Origin: Macrostomum hystrix
Lineage: Eukaryota > Animalia > Platyhelminthes
Direction of reading: 5' to 3'
Length of the DNA: 64,000 nt
Assembly: GCA_950097015.1 (NCBI GenBank)
Contig: CATNEN010000030.1
Coordinates: 4,831,895 to 4,895,894 of the forward strand
Under the pieces are notes generated by a model. The model did not search any database. It saw nothing but the letters and a program-made list of their open reading frames with translations, and was not told the DNA's origin. The position numbers were made by a program, and so were the translations under genes. Below, piece by piece: positions 26,501 through 39,200 of this stretch (position 1 is its first letter; each line of letters opens with the position of its first letter).

Positions 26501-28200
26501 AGCTAGCTTTTTTCATGAATCGTAGTTTGCTGCTTTATTAGCACTTAATACAGGATTTCACAGGTCTAGCTTCTTGCTTGACAATGAAGAGTTTAAAGAA
26601 CAATTAAAGCACCTTTTACGCGCTCAAGAACAGCTTGGCGCGTGCTGCATGAAAGGAGTGCTTTACGGTGCTATTTCAGCACAGAGTATTGGCGCTGATG
26701 GCAATTTGCTGGATTGAAAAATGTGTTTAACATTACCAGCACTCACAGTGTGTAGGAAGATGGCAATGCAGGGCTGACATCGAGCTTGCGCTATATATAA
26801 GTTCCAGCTAGCTTTTCTCATGAATCGTAGTTTGCTGCTTTATTAGCACTTAATACAGGATTTCACAGGTCTAGCTTCTGGCTTGACAATGAAGAGTTTT
26901 AAGAACAATTAAAGCACCTTTTACGCGCCGAAGAACAGCTTGGCGCGTGCTGCTTGCAAGGAGTGCGTTACGCTGCTATTTCAGCACAGAGTATTGGCGC
27001 TGATGGCAATTTGCTGAATTGAAAAATGTGTTTAACATTACCAGCACTCACAGTGTGCAGGAAGATGGCAATGCAGGGCTGACATCGAGCTTGCGCTATA
27101 TATAAGTTCCAGCTAGCTTTTCTCATGAATCATAGTTTGCTGCTTTATTAGCACTTAATACAGGCTTTCACAGGTCTAGCTTCTGGCTTGACAATGAAGA
27201 GTTTTAAGAACAATTAAAGCACCTTTTACGCGCTGAAGAACAGCTTGGCGCGTGCTGCTTGCAAGGAGTGCGTTACGCTGCTAATTCAGCACAGAGTATT
27301 GGCGCTGATGGCAATTTGCTGGATTGAAAAATGTGTTTAACATTACCAGCACTCACAGTGTGCAGGAAGATGGCAATGCAGGGCTGACATCGAGCTTGCG
27401 CTATATATAAGTTCCAGCTAGCTTTTCTCATGAATCGTAGTTTGCTGCTTTATTAGCACTTAATACAGGCTTTCACAGGTCTAGCTTCTTGGTTAACAAT
27501 GAAGATTTTGAAGAACAATTAAAGCACCTTTTTCGCGCTCAAGAACAGCTTGGCGCGTGCTGCATGAAAGGAGTGCTTTACGCTGCTATTTCAGTACAAA
27601 GTATTGGCGCTGATGGCAATTTGCTGGATTGAAAAATGTGTTTAACATTACCAGCACTCACAGTGTGCAGGAAGATGGCAATGCAGGGCCAACATCGAGC
27701 TTGCGCTATATATAAGTTCCAGCTAGCTTTTCTCATGAATCGTAGTTTGCTGCTTTATTAGCACTTAATACAGGCTTTCACAGGTCTAGCTTCTTGCTTA
27801 ACAATGAAATGTTTTAAGAACAATTAAAGCACCTTTTACGCGCTGAAGAACAGCTTGGCGCGTGCTGCTTGCAAGGAGTGCGTTACACTGCTAATTCAGC
27901 ACAGAGTATTGGCGCTGATGGCAATTTGCTGGATTGAAAAATGTGTTTAACATTACCAGCACTCACAGTGTGCAGGAAGATGGCAATGCAGGGCTGACAT
28001 CGAGCTTGCACTATATATAAGTTCCAGCTAGCTTTTTTCATGAATCGTAGTTTGCTGCTTTATTAGCACTTAATACAGGATTTCACAGGTCTAGCTTCTT
28101 GCTTGACAATGAAGAGTTTTAAGAACAATTAAAGCACCTTTTACGCGCTCAAGAACAGCTTGTCGCGTGCTACTTGCAAGGAGTGCGTTACGCTGCTATT
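23600..28200. repeat. 5-monomer higher-order repeat, 1525 bp, about 3 tandem copies
   Basis: Marker TGTAGG at 23701/25226/26751 and ACCTTTTTCG at 24476/26001/27526, each spaced 1525 = 5 x 305. Confidence 0.92.
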
Positions 28201-28259
28201 TCAGCACAGAGTATTGGCGCTCATCGCAATTTGCTGGATTGAAGAATTGTTTAACATTT

Positions 28260-31200
28260 CCAGCACTCACAGTGTGCAGGAAGATGGCAATGCAGGGCTG
28301 ACATCGAGCTTGCGCTATATATAAGTTCCAGCTAGCTTTTCTCATGAATCGTAGTTTGCTGCTTTATTTATAAGTTCCAGCTAGCTTTTCTCATGAATCG
28401 TAGTTTGCTGCTTTATTAGCACTTAATACAGGCTTTCACAGGTCTAGCTTCTTGCTTAACAATGAAATGTTTTAAGAACAATTAAAGCACCTTTTACGCG
28501 CTGAAGAACAGCTTGGCGCGTGCTGCTTGCAAGGAGTGCGTTACACTGCTAATTCAGCACAGAGTATTGGCGCTGATGGCAATTTGCTGGATTGAAAAAT
28601 GTGTTTAACATTACCAGCACTCACAGTGTGCAGGAAGATGGCAATGCAGGGCTGACATCGAGCTTGCACTATATATAAGTTCCAGCTAGCTTTTTTCATG
28701 AATCGTAGTTTGCTGCTTTATTAGCACTTAATTCAGGATTTCACAGGACTAGCTTCTTGCTTGACAATGAAGAGTTTTAAGAACAATTAAAGCACCTTTT
28801 ACGCGCTCAAGAACAGCTTGTCGCGTGCTACTTGCAAGGAGTGCGTTACGCTGCTATTTCAGCACAGAGTATAGGCGCTGATGGCAATTTGCTGTATTGA
28901 AAAATGTGTTTAACATTACCAGCACTCACAGTCTGCAGGAAGATCGCAATGCAGGGCCGACATCGAGCTTGCACTATATATAAGTTCCAGCTAGCTTTTC
29001 TCATGAATCGTAGTTTGCTGCTTTATTTATAAGTTCCAGCTCGCTTTTGTCATGAATCGTAGTTTGCTGCTTTATTAGCACTTAATACAGGCTTTCACAG
29101 GTCTAGCTTCTTGCTTGACAATGAAGAGTTTTAAGAACAATTAAAGCACCTTTTACGCGCTCACGAACAGCTTGTCGCGTGCTACTTGCAAGGAGTGCGT
29201 TACGCTGCTATTTCAGCACAGAGTATTGGCGCTGATGGCAATTTGCTGGATTGAAAAATGTGTTTAACATTACCAGCACTCACAGTGTGCAGGAAGATGG
29301 CAATGCAGGGCTGACATCGAGCTTGCGCTATATATAAGTTCCAGCTAGCTTTTCTCATGAATCGTAGTTTGCTGCTATATTTATAAGTTCCAGCTAGCTT
29401 TTCTCATGAATCGTAGTTTGCTGCTATATTTATAAGTTCCAGCTAGCTTTTCTCATGAATCGTAGTTTGCTGCTTTATTAGCACTTAATACAGGATTTCA
29501 CAGGTCTAGCTTCTTGCTTAACAATGAAGAGTTTGAAGAACAATTAAAGCACCTTTTACGCGCTCAAGAACAGCTTGGCGCGTGCTGCATGAAAGGAGTG
29601 CTTTACGGTGCTATTTCAGCACAGAGTATTGGCGCTGATGGCCATTTGCTGGATTGAAAAATGTGTTTAACATTACCAGCACTCACAGTGTGTAGGAAGA
29701 TGGCAATGCAGGGCTGACATCGAGCTTGCGCTATATATAAGTTCCAGCTAGCTTTTCTCATGAATCGTAGTTTGCTGCTTTATTAGCACTTTATACAGGA
29801 TTTCACAGGTCTAGCTTCTGGCTTGACAATGAAGAGTTTTAAGAACAATTAAAGCACCTTTTACGCGCTGAAGAACAGCTTGGCGCGTGCTGCTTGCAAG
29901 GAGTGCGTTACGCTGCTATTTCAGCACAGAGTATTGGCGCTGATGGCAATTTGCTGAATTGAAAAATGTGTTTAACATTACCAGCACTCACAGTGTGCAG
30001 GAAGATGGCAATGCAGGGCTGACATCGAGCTTGCGCTATATATAAGTTCCAGCTAGCTTTTCTCATGAATCGTAGTTTGCTGCCATATTTATAAGTTCCA
30101 GCTAGCTTTTCTCATAAATCGTAGTTTCCTGCTATATTTATAAGTTCCAGCTAGCTTTTCTCATGAATCGTAGTTTGCTGCTTTATTAGCACTTAATACA
30201 GGATTTCACAGGTCTAGCTTCTTGCTTAACAATGAAGAGTTTGAAGAACAATTAAAGCACCTTTTACGCGCTCAAGAACAGCTTGGCGCGTGCTGCATGA
30301 AAGGAGTGCTTTACGGTGCTATTTCAGCACAGAGTGTAGGCGCTGATGGCAATTTGCTGTATTGAAAAATGTGTTTAACATTACCAGCACTCACAGTCTG
30401 CAGGAAGATCGCAATGCAGGGCCGACATTGAGCTTGCACTATATATAAGTTCCAGCTAGCTTTTCTCATGAATCGTAGTTTGCTGCTTTATTTATAAGTT
30501 CCAGCTAGCTTTTGTCATGAATCGTAGTTTGCTGCTTTATTAGCACTTAATACAGGCTTTCACAGGTCTAGCTTCTTGCTTAACAATGAAGAGTTTGAAG
30601 AACAATTAAAGCACCTTTTACGCGCTCAAGAACAGCTTGGCGCGTGCTGCATGAAAGGAGTGCTTTACGGTGCTATTTCAGCACAGAGTATTGGCGCTGA
30701 TGGCCATTTGCTGGATTGAAAAATGTGTTTAACATTACCAGCACTCACAGTGTGTAGGAAGATGGCAATGCAGGGCTGACATCGAGCTTGCGCTATATAT
30801 AAGTTCCAGCTAGCTTTTCTCATGAATCGTAGTTTGCTGCTTTATTAGCACTTAATACAGGATTTCACAGGTCTAGCTTCTGGCTTGACAATGAAGAGTT
30901 TTGAGAACAATTAAAGCACCTTTTACGCGCTGAAGAACAGCTTGGCGCGTGCTGCTTGCAAGGAGTGCGTTACGCTGCTATTTCAGCACAGAGTATTGGC
31001 GCTGATGGCAATTTGCTGAATTGAAAAATGTGTTTAACATTACCAGCACTCACAGTGTGCAGGAAGATGGCAATGCAGGGCTGACATCGAGCTTGCGCTA
31101 TATATAAGTTCCAGCTAGCTTTTCTCATGAATCGTAGTTTGCTGCTATATTTATAAGTTCCAGCTAGCTTTTCTCATGAATCGTAGTTTGCTGCTATATT

Positions 31201-34200
31201 TATAAGTTCCAGCTAGCTTTTCTCATGAATCGTAGTTTGCTGCTTTATTAGCACTTAATACAGGATTTCACAGGTCTAGCTTCTTGCTTAACAATGAAGA
31301 GTTTGAAGAACAATTAAAGCACCTTTTACGCGCTCAAGAACAGCTTGGCGCGTGCTGCATGAAAGGAGTGCTTTACGGTGCTATTTCAGCACAGAGTATA
31401 GGCGCTGATGGCAATTTGCTGTATTGAAAAATGTGTTTAACATTACCAGCACTCACAGTGTGCAGGAAGATCGCAATGCAGGGCCGACATCGAGCTTGCA
31501 CTATATATAAGTTCCAGCTAGCTTTTCTCATGAATCGTAGTTTGCTGCTTTATTTATAAGTTCCAGCTAGCTTTTGTCATGAATCGTAGTTTGCTGATTT
31601 ATTAGCACTTAATACAGGCTTTCACAGGTCTAGCTTCTTGCTTGACAATGAAGAGTTTGAAGAACAATTAAAGCACCTTTTACGCGCTCAAGAACAGCTT
31701 GTCGCGTGCTACTTGCAAGGAGTGCGTTACGCTGCTATTTCAGCACAGAGTATTGGCGCTGATGGCAATTTGCTGGATTGAAAAATGTGTTTAACATTAC
31801 CAGCACTCACAGTGTGCAGGAAGATGGCAATGCAGGGCTGACATCGAGCTTGCGCTATATATAAGTTCCAGCTAGCTTTTCTCATGAATCGTAGTTTGCT
31901 GCTATATTTATAAGTTCCAGCTAGCTTTTCTCATGAATCGTAGTTTGCTGCTATATTTATAAGTTCCAGCTAGCTTTTCTCATGAATCGTAGTTTGCTGC
32001 TTTATTAGCACTTAATACAGGATTTCACAGGTCTAGCTTCTTGCTTAACAATGAAGAGTTTGAAGAACAATTAATGCACCTTTTACGCGCTCAAGAACAG
32101 CTTGGCGCGTGCTGCATGAAAGGAGTGCATTACGGTGCTATTTCAGCACAGAGTATTGGCGCTGATGGCCATTTGCTGGATTGAAAAATGTGTTTAACAT
32201 TACCAGCACTCACAGTGTGCAGGAAGATGGCAATGCAGGGCTGACATCGAGCTTGCGCTATATATAAGTTCCAGCTAGCTTTTCTCATGAATCGTAGTTT
32301 GCTGCTTTATTTATAAGTTCCAGCTAGCTTTTCTCATGAATCGTAGTTTGCTGCTTTATTAGCACTTAATACAGGCTTTCACAGGTCTAGCTTCTTGCTT
32401 AACAATGAAATGTTTTAAGAACAATTAAAGCACCTTTTACGCGCTGAAGAACAGCTTGGCGCGTGCTGCTTGCAAGGAGTGCGTTACACTGCTAATTCAG
32501 CACAGAGTATTGGCGCTGATGGCAATTTGCTGGATTGAAAAATGTGTTTAACATTACCAGCACTCACAGTGTGCAGGAAGATGGCAATGCAGGGCTGACA
32601 TCGAGCTTGCACTATATATAAGTTCCAGCTAGCTTTTTTCATGAATCGTAGTTTGCTGCTTTATTAGCACTTAATTCAGGATTTCACAGGACTAGCTTCT
32701 TGCTTGACAATGAAGAGTTTTAAGAACAATTAAAGCACCTTTTACGCGCTCAAGAACAGCTTGTCGCGTGCTACTTGCAAGGAGTGCGTTACGCTGCTAT
32801 TTCAGCACAGAGTATAGGCGCTGATGGCAATTTGCTGTATTGAAAAATGTGTTTAACATTACCAGCACTCACAGTCTGCAGGAAGATCGCAATGCAGGGC
32901 CGACATCGAGCTTGCACTATATATAAGTTCCAGCTAGCTTTTCTCATGAATCGTAGTTTGCTGCTTTATTTATAAGTTCCAGCTCGCTTTTGTCATGAAT
33001 CGTAGTTTGCTGCTTTATTAGCACTTAATACAGGCTTTCACAGGTCTAGCTTCTTGCTTGACAATGAAGAGTTTTAAGAACAATTAAAGCACCTTTTACG
33101 CGCTCACGAACAGCTTGTCGCGTGCTACTTGCAAGGAGTGCGTTACGCTGCTATTTCAGCACAGAGTATTGGCGCTGATGGCAATTTGCTGGATTGAAAA
33201 ATGTGTTTAACATTACCAGCACTCACAGTGTGCAGGAAGATGGCAATGCAGGGCTGACATCGAGCTTGCGCTATATATAAGTTCCAGCTAGCTTTTCTCA
33301 TGAATCGTAGTTTGCTGCTATATTTATAAGTTCCAGCTAGCTTTTCTCATGAATCGTAGTTTGCTGCTATATTTATAAGTTCCAGCTAGCTTTTCTCATG
33401 AATCGTAGTTTGCTGCTTTATTAGCACTTAATACAGGATTTCACAGGTCTAGCTTCTTGCTTAACAATGAAGAGTTTGAAGAACAATTAAAGCACCTTTT
33501 ACGCGCTCAAGAACAGCTTGGCGCGTGCTGCATGAAAGGAGTGCTTTACGGTGCTATTTCAGCACAGAGTATTGGCGCTGATGGCCATTTGCTGGATTGA
33601 AAAATGTGTTTAACATTACCAGCACTCACAGTGTGTAGGAAGATGGCAATGCAGGGCTGACATCGAGCTTGCGCTATATATAAGTTCCAGCTAGCTTTTC
33701 TCATGAATCGTAGTTTGCTGCTTTATTAGCACTTTATACAGGATTTCACAGGTCTAGCTTCTGGCTTGACAATGAAGAGTTTTAAGAACAATTAAAGCAC
33801 CTTTTACGCGCTGAAGAACAGCTTGGCGCGTGCTGCTTGCAAGGAGTGCGTTACGCTGCTATTTCAGCACAGAGTATTGGCGCTGATGGCAATTTGCTGA
33901 ATTGAAAAATGTGTTTAACATTACCAGCACTCACAGTGTGCAGGAAGATGGCAATGCAGGGCTGACATCGAGCTTGCGCTATATATAAGTTCCAGCTAGC
34001 TTTTCTCATGAATCGTAGTTTGCTGCCATATTTATAAGTTCCAGCTAGCTTTTCTCATAAATCGTAGTTTCCTGCTATATTTATAAGTTCCAGCTAGCTT
34101 TTCTCATGAATCGTAGTTTGCTGCTTTATTAGCACTTAATACAGGATTTCACAGGTCTAGCTTCTTGCTTAACAATGAAGAGTTTGAAGAACAATTAAAG

Positions 34201-36250
34201 CACCTTTTACGCGCTCAAGAACAGCTTGGCGCGTGCTGCATGAAAGGAGTGCTTTACGGTGCTATTTCAGCACAGAGTGTAGGCGCTGATGGCAATTTGC
34301 TGTATTGAAAAATGTGTTTAACATTACCAGCACTCACAGTCTGCAGGAAGATCGCAATGCAGGGCCGACATTGAGCTTGCACTATATATAAGTTCCAGCT
34401 AGCTTTTCTCATGAATCGTAGTTTGCTGCTTTATTTATAAGTTCCAGCTAGCTTTTGTCATGAATCGTAGTTTGCTGCTTTATTAGCACTTAATACAGGC
34501 TTTCACAGGTCTAGCTTCTTGCTTAACAATGAAGAGTTTGAAGAACAATTAAAGCACCTTTTACGCGCTCAAGAACAGCTTGGCGCGTGCTGCATGAAAG
34601 GAGTGCTTTACGGTGCTATTTCAGCACAGAGTATTGGCGCTGATGGCCATTTGCTGGATTGAAAAATGTGTTTAACATTACCAGCACTCACAGTGTGTAG
34701 GAAGATGGCAATGCAGGGCTGACATCGAGCTTGCGCTATATATAAGTTCCAGCTAGCTTTTCTCATGAATCGTAGTTTGCTGCTTTATTAGCACTTAATA
34801 CAGGATTTCACAGGTCTAGCTTCTGGCTTGACAATGAAGAGTTTTGAGAACAATTAAAGCACCTTTTACGCGCTGAAGAACAGCTTGGCGCGTGCTGCTT
34901 GCAAGGAGTGCGTTACGCTGCTATTTCAGCACAGAGTATTGGCGCTGATGGCAATTTGCTGAATTGAAAAATGTGTTTAACATTACCAGCACTCACAGTG
35001 TGCAGGAAGATGGCAATGCAGGGCTGACATCGAGCTTGCGCTATATATAAGTTCCAGCTAGCTTTTCTCATGAATCGTAGTTTGCTGCTATATTTATAAG
35101 TTCCAGCTAGCTTTTCTCATGAATCGTAGTTTGCTGCTATATTTATAAGTTCCAGCTAGCTTTTCTCATGAATCGTAGTTTGCTGCTTTATTAGCACTTA
35201 ATACAGGATTTCACAGGTCTAGCTTCTTGCTTAACAATGAAGAGTTTGAAGAACAATTAAAGCACCTTTTACGCGCTCAAGAACAGCTTGGCGCGTGCTG
35301 CATGAAAGGAGTGCTTTACGGTGCTATTTCAGCACAGAGTATAGGCGCTGATGGCAATTTGCTGTATTGAAAAATGTGTTTAACATTACCAGCACTCACA
35401 GTGTGCAGGAAGATCGCAATGCAGGGCCGACATCGAGCTTGCACTATATATAAGTTCCAGCTAGCTTTTCTCATGAATCGTAGTTTGCTGCTTTATTTAT
35501 AAGTTCCAGCTAGCTTTTGTCATGAATCGTAGTTTGCTGATTTATTAGCACTTAATACAGGCTTTCACAGGTCTAGCTTCTTGCTTGACAATGAAGAGTT
35601 TGAAGAACAATTAAAGCACCTTTTACGCGCTCAAGAACAGCTTGTCGCGTGCTACTTGCAAGGAGTGCGTTACGCTGCTATTTCAGCACAGAGTATTGGC
35701 GCTGATGGCAATTTGCTGGATTGAAAAATGTGTTTAACATTACCAGCACTCACAGTGTGCAGGAAGATGGCAATGCAGGGCTGACATCGAGCTTGCGCTA
35801 TATATAAGTTCCAGCTAGCTTTTCTCATGAATCGTAGTTTGCTGCTATATTTATAAGTTCCAGCTAGCTTTTCTCATGAATCGTAGTTTGCTGCTATATT
35901 TATAAGTTCCAGCTAGCTTTTCTCATGAATCGTAGTTTGCTGCTTTATTAGCACTTAATACAGGATTTCACAGGTCTAGCTTCTTGCTTAACAATGAAGA
36001 GTTTGAAGAACAATTAATGCACCTTTTACGCGCTCAAGAACAGCTTGGCGCGTGCTGCATGAAAGGAGTGCATTACGGTGCTATTTCAGCACAGAGTATT
36101 GGCGCTGATGGCCATTTGCTGGATTGAAAAATGTGTTTAACATTACCAGCACTCACAGTGTGCAGGAAGATGGCAATGCAGGGCTGACATCGAGCTTGCG
36201 CTATATATAAGTTCCAGCTAGCTTTTCTCATGAATCGTAGTTTGCTGCTT
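28260..36250. repeat. Tandem duplication of a 3943-bp block (11 monomers + 12 x 49 bp)
   Basis: Private variants recur at +3943: ATTCAGG 28731/32674, TCACGAA 29161/33104, TGCCATAT 30081/34024, GTGTAGG 30334/34277. Confidence 0.92.
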
Positions 36251-39200
36251 TATTAGCACTTAATACAGGATTTCACAGGTCTAGCTTCTGGCTTGACAAT
36301 GAAGATTTTGAAGAACAATTAAAGCACCTTTTACGCGCTGAAGAACAGCTTGGCGCGTGCTGCATGAAAGGAGTGCTTTACGCTGCTATTTCAGTACAAA
36401 GTATTGGCGCTGATGGCAATTTGCTGGATTGAAAAATGTGTTTAACATTACCAGCACTCACAGTGTGCAGGAAGATGGCAATGCAGGGCCAACATCGAGC
36501 TTGCGCTATATATAAGTTCGAGCTAGCTTTTCTCATGAATCGTAGTTTGCTGCTTTATTAGCACTTAATACAGGCTTTCACAGGTCTAGCTTCTTGCTTG
36601 ACAATGAAGAGTTTGAAGAACAATTAAAGCACCTTTTACGCGCTCAAGAACAGCTTGGCGCGTGCTGCTTGCAAGGAGTGCGTTACGCTGCTATTTCAGC
36701 ACAGAGTATTGGCGCTGATGGCAATTTGCTGGATTGAAAAATGTGTTTAACATTACCAGCACTCACAGTGTGCAGGAAGATGGCAATGCAGGGCCGACAT
36801 CAAGTTTGCGCTATATATAAGTTCCAGCTAGCTTTTCTCATGAATCGTAGTTTGCTGCTTTATTAGCACTTAATACAGGCTTTCACAGGTCTAGCTTCTT
36901 GCTTGACAATGAAGAGTTTGAAGAACAATTAAAGCACCTTTTACGCGCTCAAGAACAGCTTGGCGCGTGCTGCATGAAAGGGGTGCGTTACGCTGCTATT
37001 TCAGCACAGAGTATTGGCGCTGATGCCAATTTGCTGGATTGAAAAATGTGTTTAACATTACCAGCACTCACAGTGTGCAGGAAGATGGCAATGCAGGGCC
37101 AACATCGAGCTTGCGCTATATATAAGTTCGAGCTAGCTTTTCTCATGAATCGTAGTTTGCTGCTTTATTAGCACTTAATACAGGCTTTCACAGGTCTAGC
37201 TTCTTGCTTGACAATGAAGAGTTTGAAGAACAATTAAAGCACCTTTTACGCGCTCAAGAACAGCTTGGCGCGTGCTGCTTGCAAGGAGTGCGTTACGCTG
37301 CTATTTCAGCACAGAGTATTGGCGCTGATGGCAATTTGCTGGATTGAAAAATGTGTTTAACATTACCAGCACTCACAGTGTGCAGGAAGATGGCAATGCA
37401 GGGCCGACATCAAGTTTGCGCTATATATAAGTTCCAGCTAGCTTTTCTCATGAATCGTAGTTTGCTGCTTTATTAGCACTTAATACAGGCTTTCACAGGT
37501 CTAGCTTCTTGCTTGACAATGAAGAGTTTGAAGAACAATTAAAGCACCTTTTACGCGCTCAAGAACAGCTTGGCGCGTGCTGCATGAAAGGGGTGCGTTA
37601 CGCTGCTATTTCAGCACAGAGTATTGGCGCTGATGCCAATTTGCTGGATTGAAAAATGTGTTTAACATTACCAGCACTCACAGTGTGCAGGAAGATGGCA
37701 ATGCAGGGCCGACATCGAGCTTGCGCTATATATAAGTTTCAGCTAGCTTTTCTCATGAATCGTAGTTTGCTGCTATATTTATAAGTTCCAGCCAGCTTTT
37801 CTCATGAATCGTAGTTTGCTGCTTTATTAGCACTTAATACAGGCTTTCACAGGTCTAGCTTCTTGCTTGACAATGAAGAGTTTGAAGTACAATTAAAGCA
37901 CCTTTTACGCGCTCAAGAACAGCTTGGCGCGTGCTGCATGAAAGGAGTGCGTTACGCTGCTATTTCAGCACAGAGTATTGGCGCTGATGGCAATTTGCTG
38001 AATTGAAAAATGTGTTTAACATTACCAGCACTCACAGTGTGCAGGAAGATGGCAATGCAGGGCTGACATCGAGCTTGCGCTATATATAAGTTCCAGCTAG
38101 CTTTTCTCATGAATCGTAGTTTGCTGCTATATTTATAAGTTCCAGCTAGCTTTTCTCATGAATCGTAGTTTGCTGCTATATTTATAAGTTCCAGCTAGCT
38201 TTTCTCATGAATCGTAGTTTGCTGCTTTATTAGCACTTAATACAGGATTTCACAGGTCTAGCTTCTTGCTTAACAATGAAGAGTTTGAAGAACAATTAAA
38301 GCACCTTTTACGCGCTCAAGAACAGCTTGGCGCGTGCTGCATGAAAGGAGTGCTTTACGGTGCTATTTCAGCACAGAGTGTAGGCGCTGATGGCAATTTG
38401 CTGTATTGAAAAATGTGTTTAACATTACCAGCACTCACAGTCTGCAGGAAGATCGCAATGCAGGGCCGACATTGAGCTTGCACTATATATAAGTTCCAGC
38501 TAGCTTTTCTCATGAATCGTAGTTTGCTGCTTTATTTATAAGTTCCAGCTAGCTTTTGTCATGAATCGTAGTTTGCTGCTTTATTAGCACTTAATACAGG
38601 CTTTCACAGGTCTAGCTTCTTGCTTAACAATGAAGAGTTTGAAGAACAATTAAAGCACCTTTTACGCGCTCAAGAACAGCTTGGCGCGTGCTGCATGAAA
38701 GGAGTGCTTTACGGTGCTATTTCAGCACAGAGTATTGGCGCTGATGGCCATTTGCTGGATTGAAAAATGTGTTTAACATTACCAGCACTCACAGTGTGTA
38801 GGAAGATGGCAATGCAGGGCTGACATCGAGCTTGCGCTATATATAAGTTCCAGCTAGCTTTTCTCATGAATCGTAGTTTGCTGCTTTATTAGCACTTAAT
38901 ACAGGATTTCACAGGTCTAGCTTCTGGCTTGACAATGAAGAGTTTTGAGAACAATTAAAGCACCTTTTACGCGCTGAAGAACAGCTTGGCGCGTGCTGCT
39001 TGCAAGGAGTGCGTTACGCTGCTATTTCAGCACAGAGTATTGGCGCTGATGGCAATTTGCTGAATTGAAAAATGTGTTTAACATTACCAGCACTCACAGT
39101 GTGCAGGAAGATGGCAATGCAGGGCTGACATCGAGCTTGCGCTATATATAAGTTCCAGCTAGCTTTTCTCATGAATCGTAGTTTGCTGCTATATTTATAA